A stretch of DNA of 40,617 bases from Candidatus Brennerbacteria bacterium (GCA_016187205.1 JACPKE010000023.1:1-40617), one strand, 5' to 3'; shown: positions 24,467 through 34,148, counted from the stretch's first letter. A program made the numbers and translations. The notes: generated by a model from the sequence alone, not told the origin.

Positions 24467-26584
24467 ATGTCCCGCAACAATAAAAACGGAAAAAACGGCA
24501 AAAATGGCGCAAACAATGAAGAGAAACAGCGGCTGCACCCGGATGTCAAGAAATCAGTACTGGCAATTATCCTTCTTGGCATAAGCGTTTTGATGATATT
24601 AAGCGCGTTCAACGAAGCCGGTCCGGCCGGACAATTTTTTTATTCTTTCTTGTCAAAACTTTTCGGCTGGGGATATTACATCTGGCCGATGACGCTTTTT
24701 ATTTCCGCCTGCGTCATGCTTTCGGCTAATCGCGCCCGTCCTTTCCCCATAACCGTGACAGCGGCCGTTGTTTTCATAGCCGCCGGCCTTGGCATAATTG
24801 ACATCAACTTTCCGCAACAGGGCGGGTTCACCGGCTCGTTAATAGGCGCCATTAAAATTCCTTTCGGCTATCCGGCTTCGTTGGTAATTTTAACCACTTT
24901 TCTGGCCGCGGCTTTCATTATAATGCTGAACTGGCCGATTAAAATTTCCTGGAACCGGCTGATTGCAAAAAAAGAACAAAATAACAACGACACGCAAGAC
25001 CAGCAAGAACTTACAATATTAAACAGCACTGCCGCAACCCGCGCCTCTGTCCAAACCCCGGCTCAAAATTACGCCGCCGAAACTGAATCAAAAACAGAAG
25101 ACCATGGAATAACCAAAAAAGAATACGCTGAAACTAAAACAAAACCATTTAAAGCGATTAAAATGAAAGATTATGTTCCGCCGCCAATTGACCTTCTTAA
25201 ATCATCCAGCGAAAAACCGACAATAGGCGACCTGCGCGCCAATGCCAATATCATCAAAAGAACTCTTGAAAGTTTCGGGATTCCGGTTGAAATGGGCGAA
25301 ATCAGCGTTGGTCCGGCAGTAACCCGTTATACCCTAAAACCGGCCGAAGGAGTTAAAATCTCAAGAATTACCGCTTTAAACCAGGACCTGGCTCTTGCTT
25401 TAGCGGCCCACCCAATAAGAATAGAAGCGCCGATTCCGGGAAAATCCCTGGTCGGCATTGAAGTGCCGAATAAATCAGCGGCTTTGGTGCGGCTCGGTAA
25501 TCTTATGGCTTATCCTGAATTTGCCGGTTCCGGCCCGCTTGGTTTTATCATAGGCCGGGACGTTAGCGGAACGCCGATTTTTTCCGACATCGCTAAAATG
25601 CCCCATCTTTTGATAGCCGGAGCAACAGGCAGCGGCAAAAGCGTAACAATACACTCATTGCTGATTTCCCTGCTTTATAAAAATTCACCAGCCACTTTAA
25701 AAATGATTTTGATAGATCCAAAGAGGGTTGAACTTTCCGTTTATGAAGGCATGCCCCATTTAGTAGCGCCTGTCGTGACCGAAAACAAAAAGACATTGAG
25801 CGTTTTCAGGTGGGCGGTTCAAGAGATGGAGCACCGCTATGAACTCCTTCTGGAAGCCGGCGCCCGGGATATTAAAAGCTATAACGTTAAAACGCAAGAT
25901 AACCCGCTTCCATATTTATTATTGGTTATAGATGAACTGGCCGACTTAATGGCTTCTTACGGCCGCGAAGTTGAGGGGTCAATCATACGGCTCGCCCAAA
26001 TGGCGCGCGCTACCGGAATTCATCTTGTTGTTTCCACCCAGCGGCCGTCAGTTGAAGTCATTACCGGACTGATTAAAGCCAACATCACTTCCCGAATCGC
26101 TTTGCAGGTTGCCAGCCAGGTTGATTCCCGCACCATCTTAGACACCGCCGGCGCGGAAAAACTTTTGGGCAGCGGCGACCTTTTATTCATTTCGCCTGAT
26201 TTTTCCAAACCCAAACGAATTCAAGCGGCTTATATTTCCGAAGAAGAAATAAACAAAGTAACCGACTTTATCAGGGAAAACAATAAAATTGTTTTGGAAA
26301 CAAACGGACAATCATTTGAAGGAGCTGACAGCGGAGCACCGCTCAATAACGAAATTTTTGACGAAGCTATTGAAGAAGAAGACGAGCTTTATGATGAAGC
26401 GGTAAAAATAGTTACGGAAGCCCAAAAAGCGTCGGCTTCCCTGCTACAGCGCCGCCTTAAAGTCGGCTACGCGCGGGCCGCGCGGCTGCTTGATATAATG
26501 GAAGCCAAAGGCTTGATAAGTCCGGGCGACGGTGCAAAACCAAGAGAAGTGTTTTTAAATAAAGATAATAATAATGACTACTAA
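24467..26584 (+). CDS. ftsK: DNA translocase FtsK/SpoIIIE
   Basis: N-terminal TM helices, Walker A GATGSGKS, Walker B LLVIDELADL, C-terminal gamma wHTH LLQRRLKVGYARAARLLDIME. Confidence 0.95.
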   Translation: MSRNNKNGKNGKNGANNEEKQRLHPDVKKSVLAIILLGISVLMILSAFNEAGPAGQFFYSFLSKLFGWGYYIWPMTLFISACVMLSANRARPFPITVTAAVVFIAAGLGIIDINFPQQGGFTGSLIGAIKIPFGYPASLVILTTFLAAAFIIMLNWPIKISWNRLIAKKEQNNNDTQDQQELTILNSTAATRASVQTPAQNYAAETESKTEDHGITKKEYAETKTKPFKAIKMKDYVPPPIDLLKSSSEKPTIGDLRANANIIKRTLESFGIPVEMGEISVGPAVTRYTLKPAEGVKISRITALNQDLALALAAHPIRIEAPIPGKSLVGIEVPNKSAALVRLGNLMAYPEFAGSGPLGFIIGRDVSGTPIFSDIAKMPHLLIAGATGSGKSVTIHSLLISLLYKNSPATLKMILIDPKRVELSVYEGMPHLVAPVVTENKKTLSVFRWAVQEMEHRYELLLEAGARDIKSYNVKTQDNPLPYLLLVIDELADLMASYGREVEGSIIRLAQMARATGIHLVVSTQRPSVEVITGLIKANITSRIALQVASQVDSRTILDTAGAEKLLGSGDLLFISPDFSKPKRIQAAYISEEEINKVTDFIRENNKIVLETNGQSFEGADSGAPLNNEIFDEAIEEEDELYDEAVKIVTEAQKASASLLQRRLKVGYARAARLLDIMEAKGLISPGDGAKPREVFLNKDNNNDY

Positions 26585-27248
26585 AGAAAAAAATTTCAGC
26601 GCTGCCTTAGCCGGTTTGATTGAAATAAAAGGATTTAATCCGGAAAAACTGGCGGATGTCAGCGGCGTGCCTCCGCATTTTATTGAAAGGCTTATCAATG
26701 AAAATTTTGATAAACTGCCGCCGGCTCCTTACGTGCGTGGATATATTTTAAAAATCGCCGATGCCTTAAACACCGACGGCAACGCGCTATGGCAGGATTT
26801 CCAGAAAGAAAACGAATTGATTAAAAAATCCGGCGCCTATGATCATTTACCTCACAACCGCTTTGCTCCGAAAAAAATCAGCAGAAAAAAAATTATTCTT
26901 TGCGGCATTTTGATTGCCGCGTTTGCTTACCTCGCTTTTAGAAGCGATAATTTATTAGGCCGGCCGAACCTGTATCTTGCGACTCCGGCTATTGACGAAA
27001 TAACCAGCGAGCCGATAATCAAAATAACGGGCCAAATCAATCCAAAAGACGCCGTCAAAATAAACAGCCAGGAAGTTTTTGCCGACCAAAACGGAAATTT
27101 TGAAAAAGACTTAAATCTTCAAATCGGACTCAATAACATAGAAATAAAAGTCAAAAGATTTCTGGGGCGGGAAATCATTGAAAACAGACGTGTGATATAC
27201 GCGCCGCTTAATCAAAATAACAATATTCAACAAAATGACCAACGATAA
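26574..27248 (+). CDS. RodZ-like HTH membrane protein
   Basis: N-terminal HTH with [18 protein letters not shown], a single TM helix, and an extracytoplasmic tail. Confidence 0.6.
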   Translation: MTTKEKNFSAALAGLIEIKGFNPEKLADVSGVPPHFIERLINENFDKLPPAPYVRGYILKIADALNTDGNALWQDFQKENELIKKSGAYDHLPHNRFAPKKISRKKIILCGILIAAFAYLAFRSDNLLGRPNLYLATPAIDEITSEPIIKITGQINPKDAVKINSQEVFADQNGNFEKDLNLQIGLNNIEIKVKRFLGREIIENRRVIYAPLNQNNNIQQNDQR

Positions 27249-28245
27249 AAATAAAATAGAAAAAAATAAAAAAGATGAGCTGACCGGCTTAATCAGCACG
27301 CTCCAAGACAAATACGGGGAAGGCGCGGTAATGAAACTCGGTGAACAAACGCACATCAAGGTGGAAACAATTCCGACCGGATCTTTTTCTTTGGATTTAG
27401 CCCTTGGTGTCGGCGGATTGCCGCGCGGCAGAGTCATTGAAATTTTCGGACCGGAATCTTCGGGAAAAACTACCCTGGCTCTCCATGCGGTGGCGGAAGC
27501 CCAAAAACTGGGTGGTAAAGCCGCTTTTATTGACGCGGAGCATGCTCTTGATCCGCAATACGCCAAAAGAATCGGCGTCAAAACCGACGAACTGCTTATT
27601 TCCCAGCCAAATAACGGGGAGGAAGCTCTTAATATCCTTGAAAGCCTGGTTCGTTCCGGCATTATTGATGTGGTAGTTATTGATTCGGTGGCGGCTCTTA
27701 CGCCGCAAGCGGAAATAGAAGGCGAAATGGGCGCGCATCATGTCGGATTGCAGGCGCGGTTAATGTCCCAGGCGCTCCGCAAACTGACGGCAATCGCCGC
27801 TAAATCAAAAACAGTTATTATTTTCATCAACCAGATAAGAATGATGATCGGGGTGATGTTCGGCAATCCGGAAACCACTCCTGGCGGCCGAGCTTTAAGG
27901 TTTTACGCCTCTGTCAGAATTGATATCCGCCGGGCCGCGCAGATTAAAAAAGGCGAAGAATCCGTTGGTAATCGCGTTAAAGCCAAAGTCGTAAAAAACA
28001 AAGTGGCGCCGCCTTTTAAAATCGCCGAATTTGACATTATGTACGGCCAGGGAATTTCCTACACCGGCGATGTCGTCAATACCGCTCTTACGCGGGGAGT
28101 TATAACCAAAGCCGGAGCCAGCTATAGCTTTGAAGGAGAAAAGCTCGGAGTAGGAATTGAAAACGTTAAAGCTAAGCTCAAAGAAGACAAAAAAACTCTT
28201 AATGAAATCAAAAAGAAAACCGAAGCCGCGTTTTTAAGCGAATAA
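27235..28245 (+). CDS. recA: recombinase RecA
   Basis: [12 protein letters not shown] Walker [19 protein letters not shown]; 336 aa. Confidence 0.97.
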   Translation: MTNDKNKIEKNKKDELTGLISTLQDKYGEGAVMKLGEQTHIKVETIPTGSFSLDLALGVGGLPRGRVIEIFGPESSGKTTLALHAVAEAQKLGGKAAFIDAEHALDPQYAKRIGVKTDELLISQPNNGEEALNILESLVRSGIIDVVVIDSVAALTPQAEIEGEMGAHHVGLQARLMSQALRKLTAIAAKSKTVIIFINQIRMMIGVMFGNPETTPGGRALRFYASVRIDIRRAAQIKKGEESVGNRVKAKVVKNKVAPPFKIAEFDIMYGQGISYTGDVVNTALTRGVITKAGASYSFEGEKLGVGIENVKAKLKEDKKTLNEIKKKTEAAFLSE

Positions 28246-28416
28246 TCTTTATCCCTTTGACTCCTGTGTATTTACAATGAATTTTCATGGTGAGACGATG
28301 GCCTCACCGAGCGCAATATGTATCTGACCTTATGCACATCTAGATGAAATTGACATTACCTTAAAAAAAATATATAAAAAGACAAGTAATAATTAAAAAC
28401 TGAAAAGGAGGGTGAA

Positions 28417-29628
28417 GTGAAAAAAATATTATTACTGACGACTATTATTTTATTGGCATTATCATTCCGCTTTTCTTATGCCAGCTATGACTTGGGAACC
28501 GAAGTTTCTTTGAAACAAAATTATCTGGAAGATAAAAAACTCGGAACAAGCAGTGTTTTTTCAAGCACGATTAGCGCATGGGAACAAAATCAGCCCACAA
28601 TCGCCGTCAGATATTCAATTGCCGATAATTCCAGCCGAAGCGCGGCCTTTTTACCGCTAATTAAAAAACAATTTGATTTCGGCGCTGGATTAAAGCTGAA
28701 CGAAAATTACATGCTGAAACTCGCTTCTACCCAACTGACGGAAGACAGCCAGAAAAAAAATGAGGCAAAAGATTTTAACGCTTACGGAATTTATCTTAAC
28801 CGCTACGGCAGTTTTTTTAAAAAAACCGAAATAGGAGCTGAATATGATAATACCGGGAAAACGCTTTATTATGGATATAGCCGGATTAATCTCTCGGAAA
28901 AAACAGCCGTGTTAGCGGGTTTTTCAACGGAAAATTCCGAAAAAGATACCGAACAGCGGTTTGGCCTGGCAATAGCGCCAAATTTAAAATCTTATTCCCT
29001 AATTTTCGGCTTAACCCGAAATTTAACAATAAATGACAATGCTAAATTATACGGCCTGGCTTATTTCGGCGCGGAAAATACCGGATTCCCAAGCTTTATA
29101 ACTGTTTTCAGAGATAAACCGGAAAGCAAATATTTTCTGGGAATCGCGGCTTTTGGAGGCAAAGCGCTTAACCAGCGTTCGTATCAAGGAATTTATGACG
29201 TTATGTTTGCGGGAACTCTATCAGGCACAAGAGTAGTTGCCAACAGGAATTTTAACCAAATCGGCGTTTCAAATCTTTATAAAACCCAGGACTACGGAAA
29301 ACTGGTTATAACAACAAGCATCGGTGATATTAAGATCACCGATGCAACATCATTATTTTTTGACTCCGAAGAAATAACATATTCATTTAACGGCAATAAA
29401 CCGGTGCAGCTCTGGTTTTTATCTTTCGGCCATAACGGAGAAACTAATCTGTCTTTTAACCCAATATCCAAGAGCTTAAAAGAAGATTACCAAGAAACTT
29501 TAGTTTTCGGCATTGGCGTAAAATTTTCGGAACAAAAACAAATTTTTGACGTAAACCTGCGAAACTCTTACAGCTTAAACCAATCCGAGTGGTCAGGAGT
29601 ATCGGCTATGCTTAACTTTTATTTTTAA
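28417..29628 (+). CDS. secreted beta-rich protein with outer-membrane-barrel-like C-terminus (GTG start)
   Basis: Signal peptide MKKILLLTTIILLALSFRFSYA, SD AAAGGAGGGTGAA, alternating hydrophobic pattern, terminal ...MLNFYF. Confidence 0.6.
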   Translation: MKKILLLTTIILLALSFRFSYASYDLGTEVSLKQNYLEDKKLGTSSVFSSTISAWEQNQPTIAVRYSIADNSSRSAAFLPLIKKQFDFGAGLKLNENYMLKLASTQLTEDSQKKNEAKDFNAYGIYLNRYGSFFKKTEIGAEYDNTGKTLYYGYSRINLSEKTAVLAGFSTENSEKDTEQRFGLAIAPNLKSYSLIFGLTRNLTINDNAKLYGLAYFGAENTGFPSFITVFRDKPESKYFLGIAAFGGKALNQRSYQGIYDVMFAGTLSGTRVVANRNFNQIGVSNLYKTQDYGKLVITTSIGDIKITDATSLFFDSEEITYSFNGNKPVQLWFLSFGHNGETNLSFNPISKSLKEDYQETLVFGIGVKFSEQKQIFDVNLRNSYSLNQSEWSGVSAMLNFYF

Positions 29629-29634
29629 ATTTAA

Positions 29635-29668
29635 AGCCCCTGGATAATAAATCAGGGGCTTAATTTTT
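29635..29668. terminator. bidirectional terminator
   Basis: AGCCCCTG / CAGGGGCT stem followed by TAATTTTTT. Confidence 0.55.
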
Positions 29669-29817
29669 TAACGAAAAGGGCCATTTTCGCAATCGCACTG
29701 ACCCTTACAATTGCACTGTTTTTGATGACAACAATCATTAGAAGAGCAATTCTTTTTTGATTTTTTTCTATTTTTACCAAATAAAGACTCAAAAAACATT
29801 TTAATCCTCTTCTTCAT
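29668..29817 (-). CDS. Cys-rich basic mini-protein, 49 aa (below ORF-track cutoff)
   Basis: Hand translation gives MKKRIKMFFESLFGKNRKKSKKNCSSNDCCHQKQCNCKGQCDCENGPFR. SD AAGGAGG lies 5-6 nt upstream. Confidence 0.5.
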   Translation of the reverse strand: MKKRIKMFFESLFGKNRKKSKKNCSSNDCCHQKQCNCKGQCDCENGPFR

Positions 29818-29898
29818 TTTCGCCTCCTTATAATTTTATTAAATTAACCGTCTATTAACTTACAATTATTTTAAAATTAAAGCAAATTTTTTATAATT

Positions 29899-30683
29899 TT
29901 AATTCCCTGCATTCAATTTATAAAAATTCTCAAAAATTTTAGCTACAACAATCGGACCGGTTCCGCCTGGAGTCGGAGTGTAAAATGCTAATTGACTTTT
30001 AACATCTGACAATTGACTAACGTCAAAATCACCGGCTGGTTTGCCGCCTGAATATTCATAACCAAAATCAATAATTCCGGCGTCGTCTTTAAGCATATCC
30101 GGCTTGATTAGTCCGGCTTTGCCAACGCCGGAAATCACTAAATCAGCTTGTTTTAAAAGATTAAAATCACTGCCTCTGGCCAAAAGATAAATTTCAGGAC
30201 ATTGTCCTGCCAGCCAAGTCGCTATTGGCTTGCCAATAAGACATCCTAAACCGACAACAGCCACTTTTTTAGCGAGTAGCGAGTAGCTAGTAGCAAATAG
30301 AATTTCTTGCACAGCGCCGACAGCCGGCGGCAACACCGGATTACGGCCCGCGTAAAACGCTCCTGGCGATTTAAATGCTCCGGCAAAGGCAATTGGACAA
30401 TCATGCCGCCAACAGGTTTTTGCAAAGCGATTTTTAAAACTTCCTTGCGCGCGCCATCGTTAGTCATTCCTTTAACAGCGGCATCGGAAAATTTATAAAT
30501 TTTAAAATCAATTCCGAGTTCTTTGGCGGCGTTTTCTTTTTGTTTTAAAAAATTTTCAGAAATCGCGTTTTCTCCAAACAAAATCGCCGCAAACCTTTTT
30601 TTCGGCCGCGGCTGGGTTTTTAATCGCGCAAATATTTCTTCTTTTATCCCCACACCTTCCAAAATACTCTGTGGTCTTATCAT
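29899..30683 (-). pseudogene. folD: folD-like gene (methylene-THF dehydrogenase/cyclohydrolase) in two overlapping frames; the C-terminal part is in the -1 frame
   Basis: The N-terminal ORF ends its homology at VQLPLPEHLN. The C-terminal ORF carries VAVVG..IGKP and TPTPGGTGP. The frame relation follows from the ORF-track coordinates. Confidence 0.75.
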
Positions 30684-30783
30684 AGAAATAAATAGCTTAA
30701 AATCCTTCCCGCAAAGTTTAATATCCTATTGGAAGGTGTAGGGATTTATTTTCCTGCCGTTAATAATCTGCACGCGTTTTAAA

Positions 30784-33135
30784 TTATTGCGCCGGATAAG
30801 GAGATGGGTAACCGCTTTGATACTGCTGTTGGTATTGCTGATATTGGTCAGGCGAAGGATAAGTCGGAGCATACTGTTGTAAAAATCTGTCATATCCGCA
30901 GTTAGGATGATTGACAATCAGCTTTTGAATTTCTTGACGGCAAATATCCGAAGCAATATTTTCCTTACAAGCCAAGGGCATTACAAAAGCAGGACAAACA
31001 GCTGTTGTTCCAGCGCCCGGTTCAATAGTTCCGCTTGGCAAACTCTTTTGCCATCCTTGCGGCACATCGCAAGGAGTTGGAAATTCCTTGCAAACTCCGG
31101 AGGCCGGATCGCAAGCGCGCGTTATAACCTGAATGCAATACTCGGGTCGCGTGGACGACTGTTCCGCTGTTCCTGCCTGCTTACAGCCGTAATAAACGCC
31201 GCATTCCGGTGAATTAAATACTTGGTATTTAATCTGCCCTTCGGGACAGGAATCAACTGTCGGCATTTTCGGGCACATTCCGGTTTTAATCGGCAATGGC
31301 TGCGGCGGCATCATATTATTACCAATATTTCCGCGGAAACATCCGGCATATTTAAAACGCTCTCCGGGATTCCCAGCCACTAATTCTTTAACTTTCTGCT
31401 CGCAAACCGCGCTACCCGGCTCTTTTTGGCACTCATCTATGGGACATTCTAATGGTCCGCCATAACCTGAACTTGAACCAAAAGATCCGCCCATCATTCC
31501 ACCCTGCTGCATCATTCCACCCTGCTGCATCATTCCGCCTGGGCGCATACCTTGCTGACCGTCAAATCGCATACATTCCTCACCATGACTAGCGCAATAA
31601 TTCATGCATTCTTCCGGAGTGCGACAGCCGCCCGGCCCTCCAAAACGGGGCATTCCGCTTCCCGGCATTGTTCCACTGCTCATCATTCCTTGCCTAAAAC
31701 CATTTTCTCGGCCTTCCATTGGCATAAAACCTTCTCTTCTTTCACCTTGAAAAGGCATTATTTTTTCAAAACAAGAACGCATTTTATCCTTAATATCAAA
31801 ATTAATCTCCCCTTTGCCTTCAGATAAATTTTCAAAATCGCTTCCTAGTGCGTCTTTTAAACAAGCCTGCGCTTCCGGCGGTGCATTCTTTAAAATTTCT
31901 TCCAGCTTAGGCATTGCCGGCTTCGGCATACTTTCAAAACAGGCGCGCATTTTTTCGCCGATTTCCGGAGAAGGCACGGCTTCGCCTGAACGGATTTTTT
32001 CAAAATCAGCTCCAAGCTTTTCCTGCATACATGCCAGCATTTCCGGCGGCATATGCTCAAAAGCTTCTTTAGGCGCGGCAACGCGTCCCATATGAGTTTC
32101 AAAACATGAACGCATTCTATTGCCAATATCCGGACCAGGGGTCAAACGCCCGGCCTTGATGTCTTCAATAATATTTTCTCCAAGGTTAGCTTTTAAACAT
32201 TCCGCGACTTCCGGCGGAGCGTTTTCCAGGCCTATTCTCATATGCCCCATACTTTCTTTCATCCGCTGGGCATCTTCTTCTTTTATAAACCCATGCTCTT
32301 TCGCAAAATTAAAACAAGTTTCCTGGTTTGCCTGGTCATTGCAAAAAGCTTCGCACGCGTCTTTTGTTTTACAGCCGCCAGGACCGCCTTCCTGCATAAA
32401 ACGGCGGAATTCATTGGCTTGATCGGCTTTAATAAATCCGGCCTTAACCCCGAAATCAAAACATTCCTGCTGATGGCTTGAATCGGAACAATAAGCCTCA
32501 CAGGCTTCGCGGGACTGGCAACCCCCAGGAGATTCTCCTTTAGACATTAACTCATGCGCTTTTTTAGCAATGCCGATTTCTTCTTTAGGCAAAACTCCGG
32601 ATTGTTCGGCAAAAGCCAAGCATTCATCGGCATGGTTTGACTGCGAACAATAAGATTCGCAAGCTTGACGGTTGCGGCAGTTCCCCGGAAGTTTTGCGCC
32701 GGAACGCAAAGCTTTGGCTACTTTTTTCGCTTCACCGATTTCATCGGAAGGCAACAAATTATTAGCTTCGGCAAATTTAAGGCAGGTTTGAATATTAGCA
32801 ATATCTTCGCAGTAAGCCCGGCATTCGGATTCTGTTTTGCATCCGCCGGGTCCGCCGCCGGATTCCAAAATTCCGGTTAATTTATCAATCCGATTCTCAA
32901 CTGCGCTCTGGTCAATTTTTACGGTAAAACCATGCTTGGCGGCAAACTCCGAACAAGCTTTAAAATTTTCTGTTCGGTCACAATACGCTTTACACTGGCT
33001 TTGGTTAACACAATTACCCAGCTCTTCAACCGGAAAAGTAATATCAAAAGGATTGGCCGCAAAAACAATATAAGCGCTTAACAAAGCGGCGAAGCTTAAA
33101 GATAAAATTCCTAAAATTTTATGAGTTTTCATCAT
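30784..33135 (-). CDS. large secreted cysteine-rich modular repeat protein, 783 aa
   Basis: Signal peptide; six C-x5-C-x3-C-x6-8-C modules (e.g. GGPGGCKTESECRAYCEDIANIQTC); three APPE..CLK..LG....MR.CFE modules; a G/M/Q-rich linker; a Cys-rich C-terminal region; a Q/Y/P-rich tail. Confidence 0.8.
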   Translation of the reverse strand: MMKTHKILGILSLSFAALLSAYIVFAANPFDITFPVEELGNCVNQSQCKAYCDRTENFKACSEFAAKHGFTVKIDQSAVENRIDKLTGILESGGGPGGCKTESECRAYCEDIANIQTCLKFAEANNLLPSDEIGEAKKVAKALRSGAKLPGNCRNRQACESYCSQSNHADECLAFAEQSGVLPKEEIGIAKKAHELMSKGESPGGCQSREACEAYCSDSSHQQECFDFGVKAGFIKADQANEFRRFMQEGGPGGCKTKDACEAFCNDQANQETCFNFAKEHGFIKEEDAQRMKESMGHMRIGLENAPPEVAECLKANLGENIIEDIKAGRLTPGPDIGNRMRSCFETHMGRVAAPKEAFEHMPPEMLACMQEKLGADFEKIRSGEAVPSPEIGEKMRACFESMPKPAMPKLEEILKNAPPEAQACLKDALGSDFENLSEGKGEINFDIKDKMRSCFEKIMPFQGERREGFMPMEGRENGFRQGMMSSGTMPGSGMPRFGGPGGCRTPEECMNYCASHGEECMRFDGQQGMRPGGMMQQGGMMQQGGMMGGSFGSSSGYGGPLECPIDECQKEPGSAVCEQKVKELVAGNPGERFKYAGCFRGNIGNNMMPPQPLPIKTGMCPKMPTVDSCPEGQIKYQVFNSPECGVYYGCKQAGTAEQSSTRPEYCIQVITRACDPASGVCKEFPTPCDVPQGWQKSLPSGTIEPGAGTTAVCPAFVMPLACKENIASDICRQEIQKLIVNHPNCGYDRFLQQYAPTYPSPDQYQQYQQQYQSGYPSPYPAQ

Positions 33136-33144
33136 AATTAATTG

Positions 33145-33435
33145 TTATTGTGAAAATGGATTTTTATAAACACTTTCAAAAGGATTCAAAGGGGCGGAAA
33201 AAGGATTGGCTTCCGGTAATTTCCCTGCAACCGGATTTTCAACCTGGGAAACAATATCAGAACCTAAACCTTCGGCTGGTTTTGCTATAGACGCTTTTGG
33301 CTGAACCGAAACAGGAACCGGAGCATAAGAAAAAAATAAATTAAAAAATTCCTGACGCCAAAAATAAACAGCTGCCGTAGCCGCAATAATTGCTATTAAT
33401 ATAAAAATAGAAATGGCATTTTCACTTTTGCTCAT
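33145..33435 (-). CDS. small membrane-anchored protein, 96 aa, co-oriented upstream of the Cys-rich protein
   Basis: N-terminal helix ISIFILIAIIAATAAVYFW, with a 9-nt gap to the next gene. Confidence 0.6.
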   Translation of the reverse strand: MSKSENAISIFILIAIIAATAAVYFWRQEFFNLFFSYAPVPVSVQPKASIAKPAEGLGSDIVSQVENPVAGKLPEANPFSAPLNPFESVYKNPFSQ

Positions 33436-33490
33436 AATATTGTTATTATAGCATATTAAAATTTACGAATGCAGTATAACGGCAAAAAAC

Positions 33491-33865
33491 TTAATTATTT
33501 TCAATAATTACCGATTTTTTTACTTTAATATCACTTAAAATTTTAACTATCTGCTTTTTAAAGACCGGTAAGTCGTCTTGAATGGTTTTCCATAATATTT
33601 CTTCATCAATGCCAAAATATTCATGAATTACTTTATTCCTCATGCTTTTAATTTCGTTCCAGGCCACATTTGAATTTTTGGCTTTTATTCCTTCGGGAAT
33701 ATTTTTTACCGCTTCACCAATAACTGAAAGATTCCTAATAACCGCATCAATTATTTGTTCATTTTTGGAAAATTTTTCAAAATTAACGCCACGCGTATAT
33801 TTCTCTATTTTTCTGATAGAATCTTTAATATCTTCCAAATAAAGTTTTATTCCTCTTTTAGACAT
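33491..33865 (-). CDS. hepT: HepT-type (DUF86) RNase toxin
   Basis: R-x4-H-x-Y motif as RNKVIHEY; 124 aa; overlaps the upstream MNT gene by 8 nt. Confidence 0.85.
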   Translation of the reverse strand: MSKRGIKLYLEDIKDSIRKIEKYTRGVNFEKFSKNEQIIDAVIRNLSVIGEAVKNIPEGIKAKNSNVAWNEIKSMRNKVIHEYFGIDEEILWKTIQDDLPVFKKQIVKILSDIKVKKSVIIENN

Positions 33866-34148
33866 ATTGCACTTCTTTAAGAATTTCTTTTTTAACTGCT
33901 GATTTGATAGCTTTCTTGGAAATTAAATCCACTTTTTTCCGTAAAACGCGGCTCAATAAATTTTCCAACCGAATAAAATCAAAAAAGCCGATGGGGATTT
34001 CAAATTCCACCAGAATATCCAAATCGCTTCCTATCTTCTGCTCGCCGCGAACAAAAGAACCGAAAATCCCGATTTTTTTAACATGATATTTTGCTTTAAT
34101 CAAAGGAAGTTGTTCATGAATTTTTTCCCGTATTTTTTCATTTTCCAT
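33858..34148 (-). CDS. mntA: MNT-type nucleotidyltransferase antitoxin (MntA)
   Basis: GIFGSFVRGE...SDLDILV (GSxxRG...DxD) minimal NTase motif; 96 aa. Confidence 0.85.
   Translation of the reverse strand: MENEKIREKIHEQLPLIKAKYHVKKIGIFGSFVRGEQKIGSDLDILVEFEIPIGFFDFIRLENLLSRVLRKKVDLISKKAIKSAVKKEILKEVQYV

Noticed and set aside
27111-27741. ORFs 27111..27662 (-), 27397..27741 (-) and 27404..27676 (+) overlapping recA
   Set aside because: They are antisense or off-frame shadows of the unmistakable RecA ORF, with no SD and no recognisable motifs.
30907-33073. Many 70-100 aa + strand ORFs, and two minus-strand off-frame ORFs, within 30784..33135
   Set aside because: They are shadows of the 783-aa repeat protein gene. 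Its signal peptide and regular Cys-module periodicity identify the true frame.
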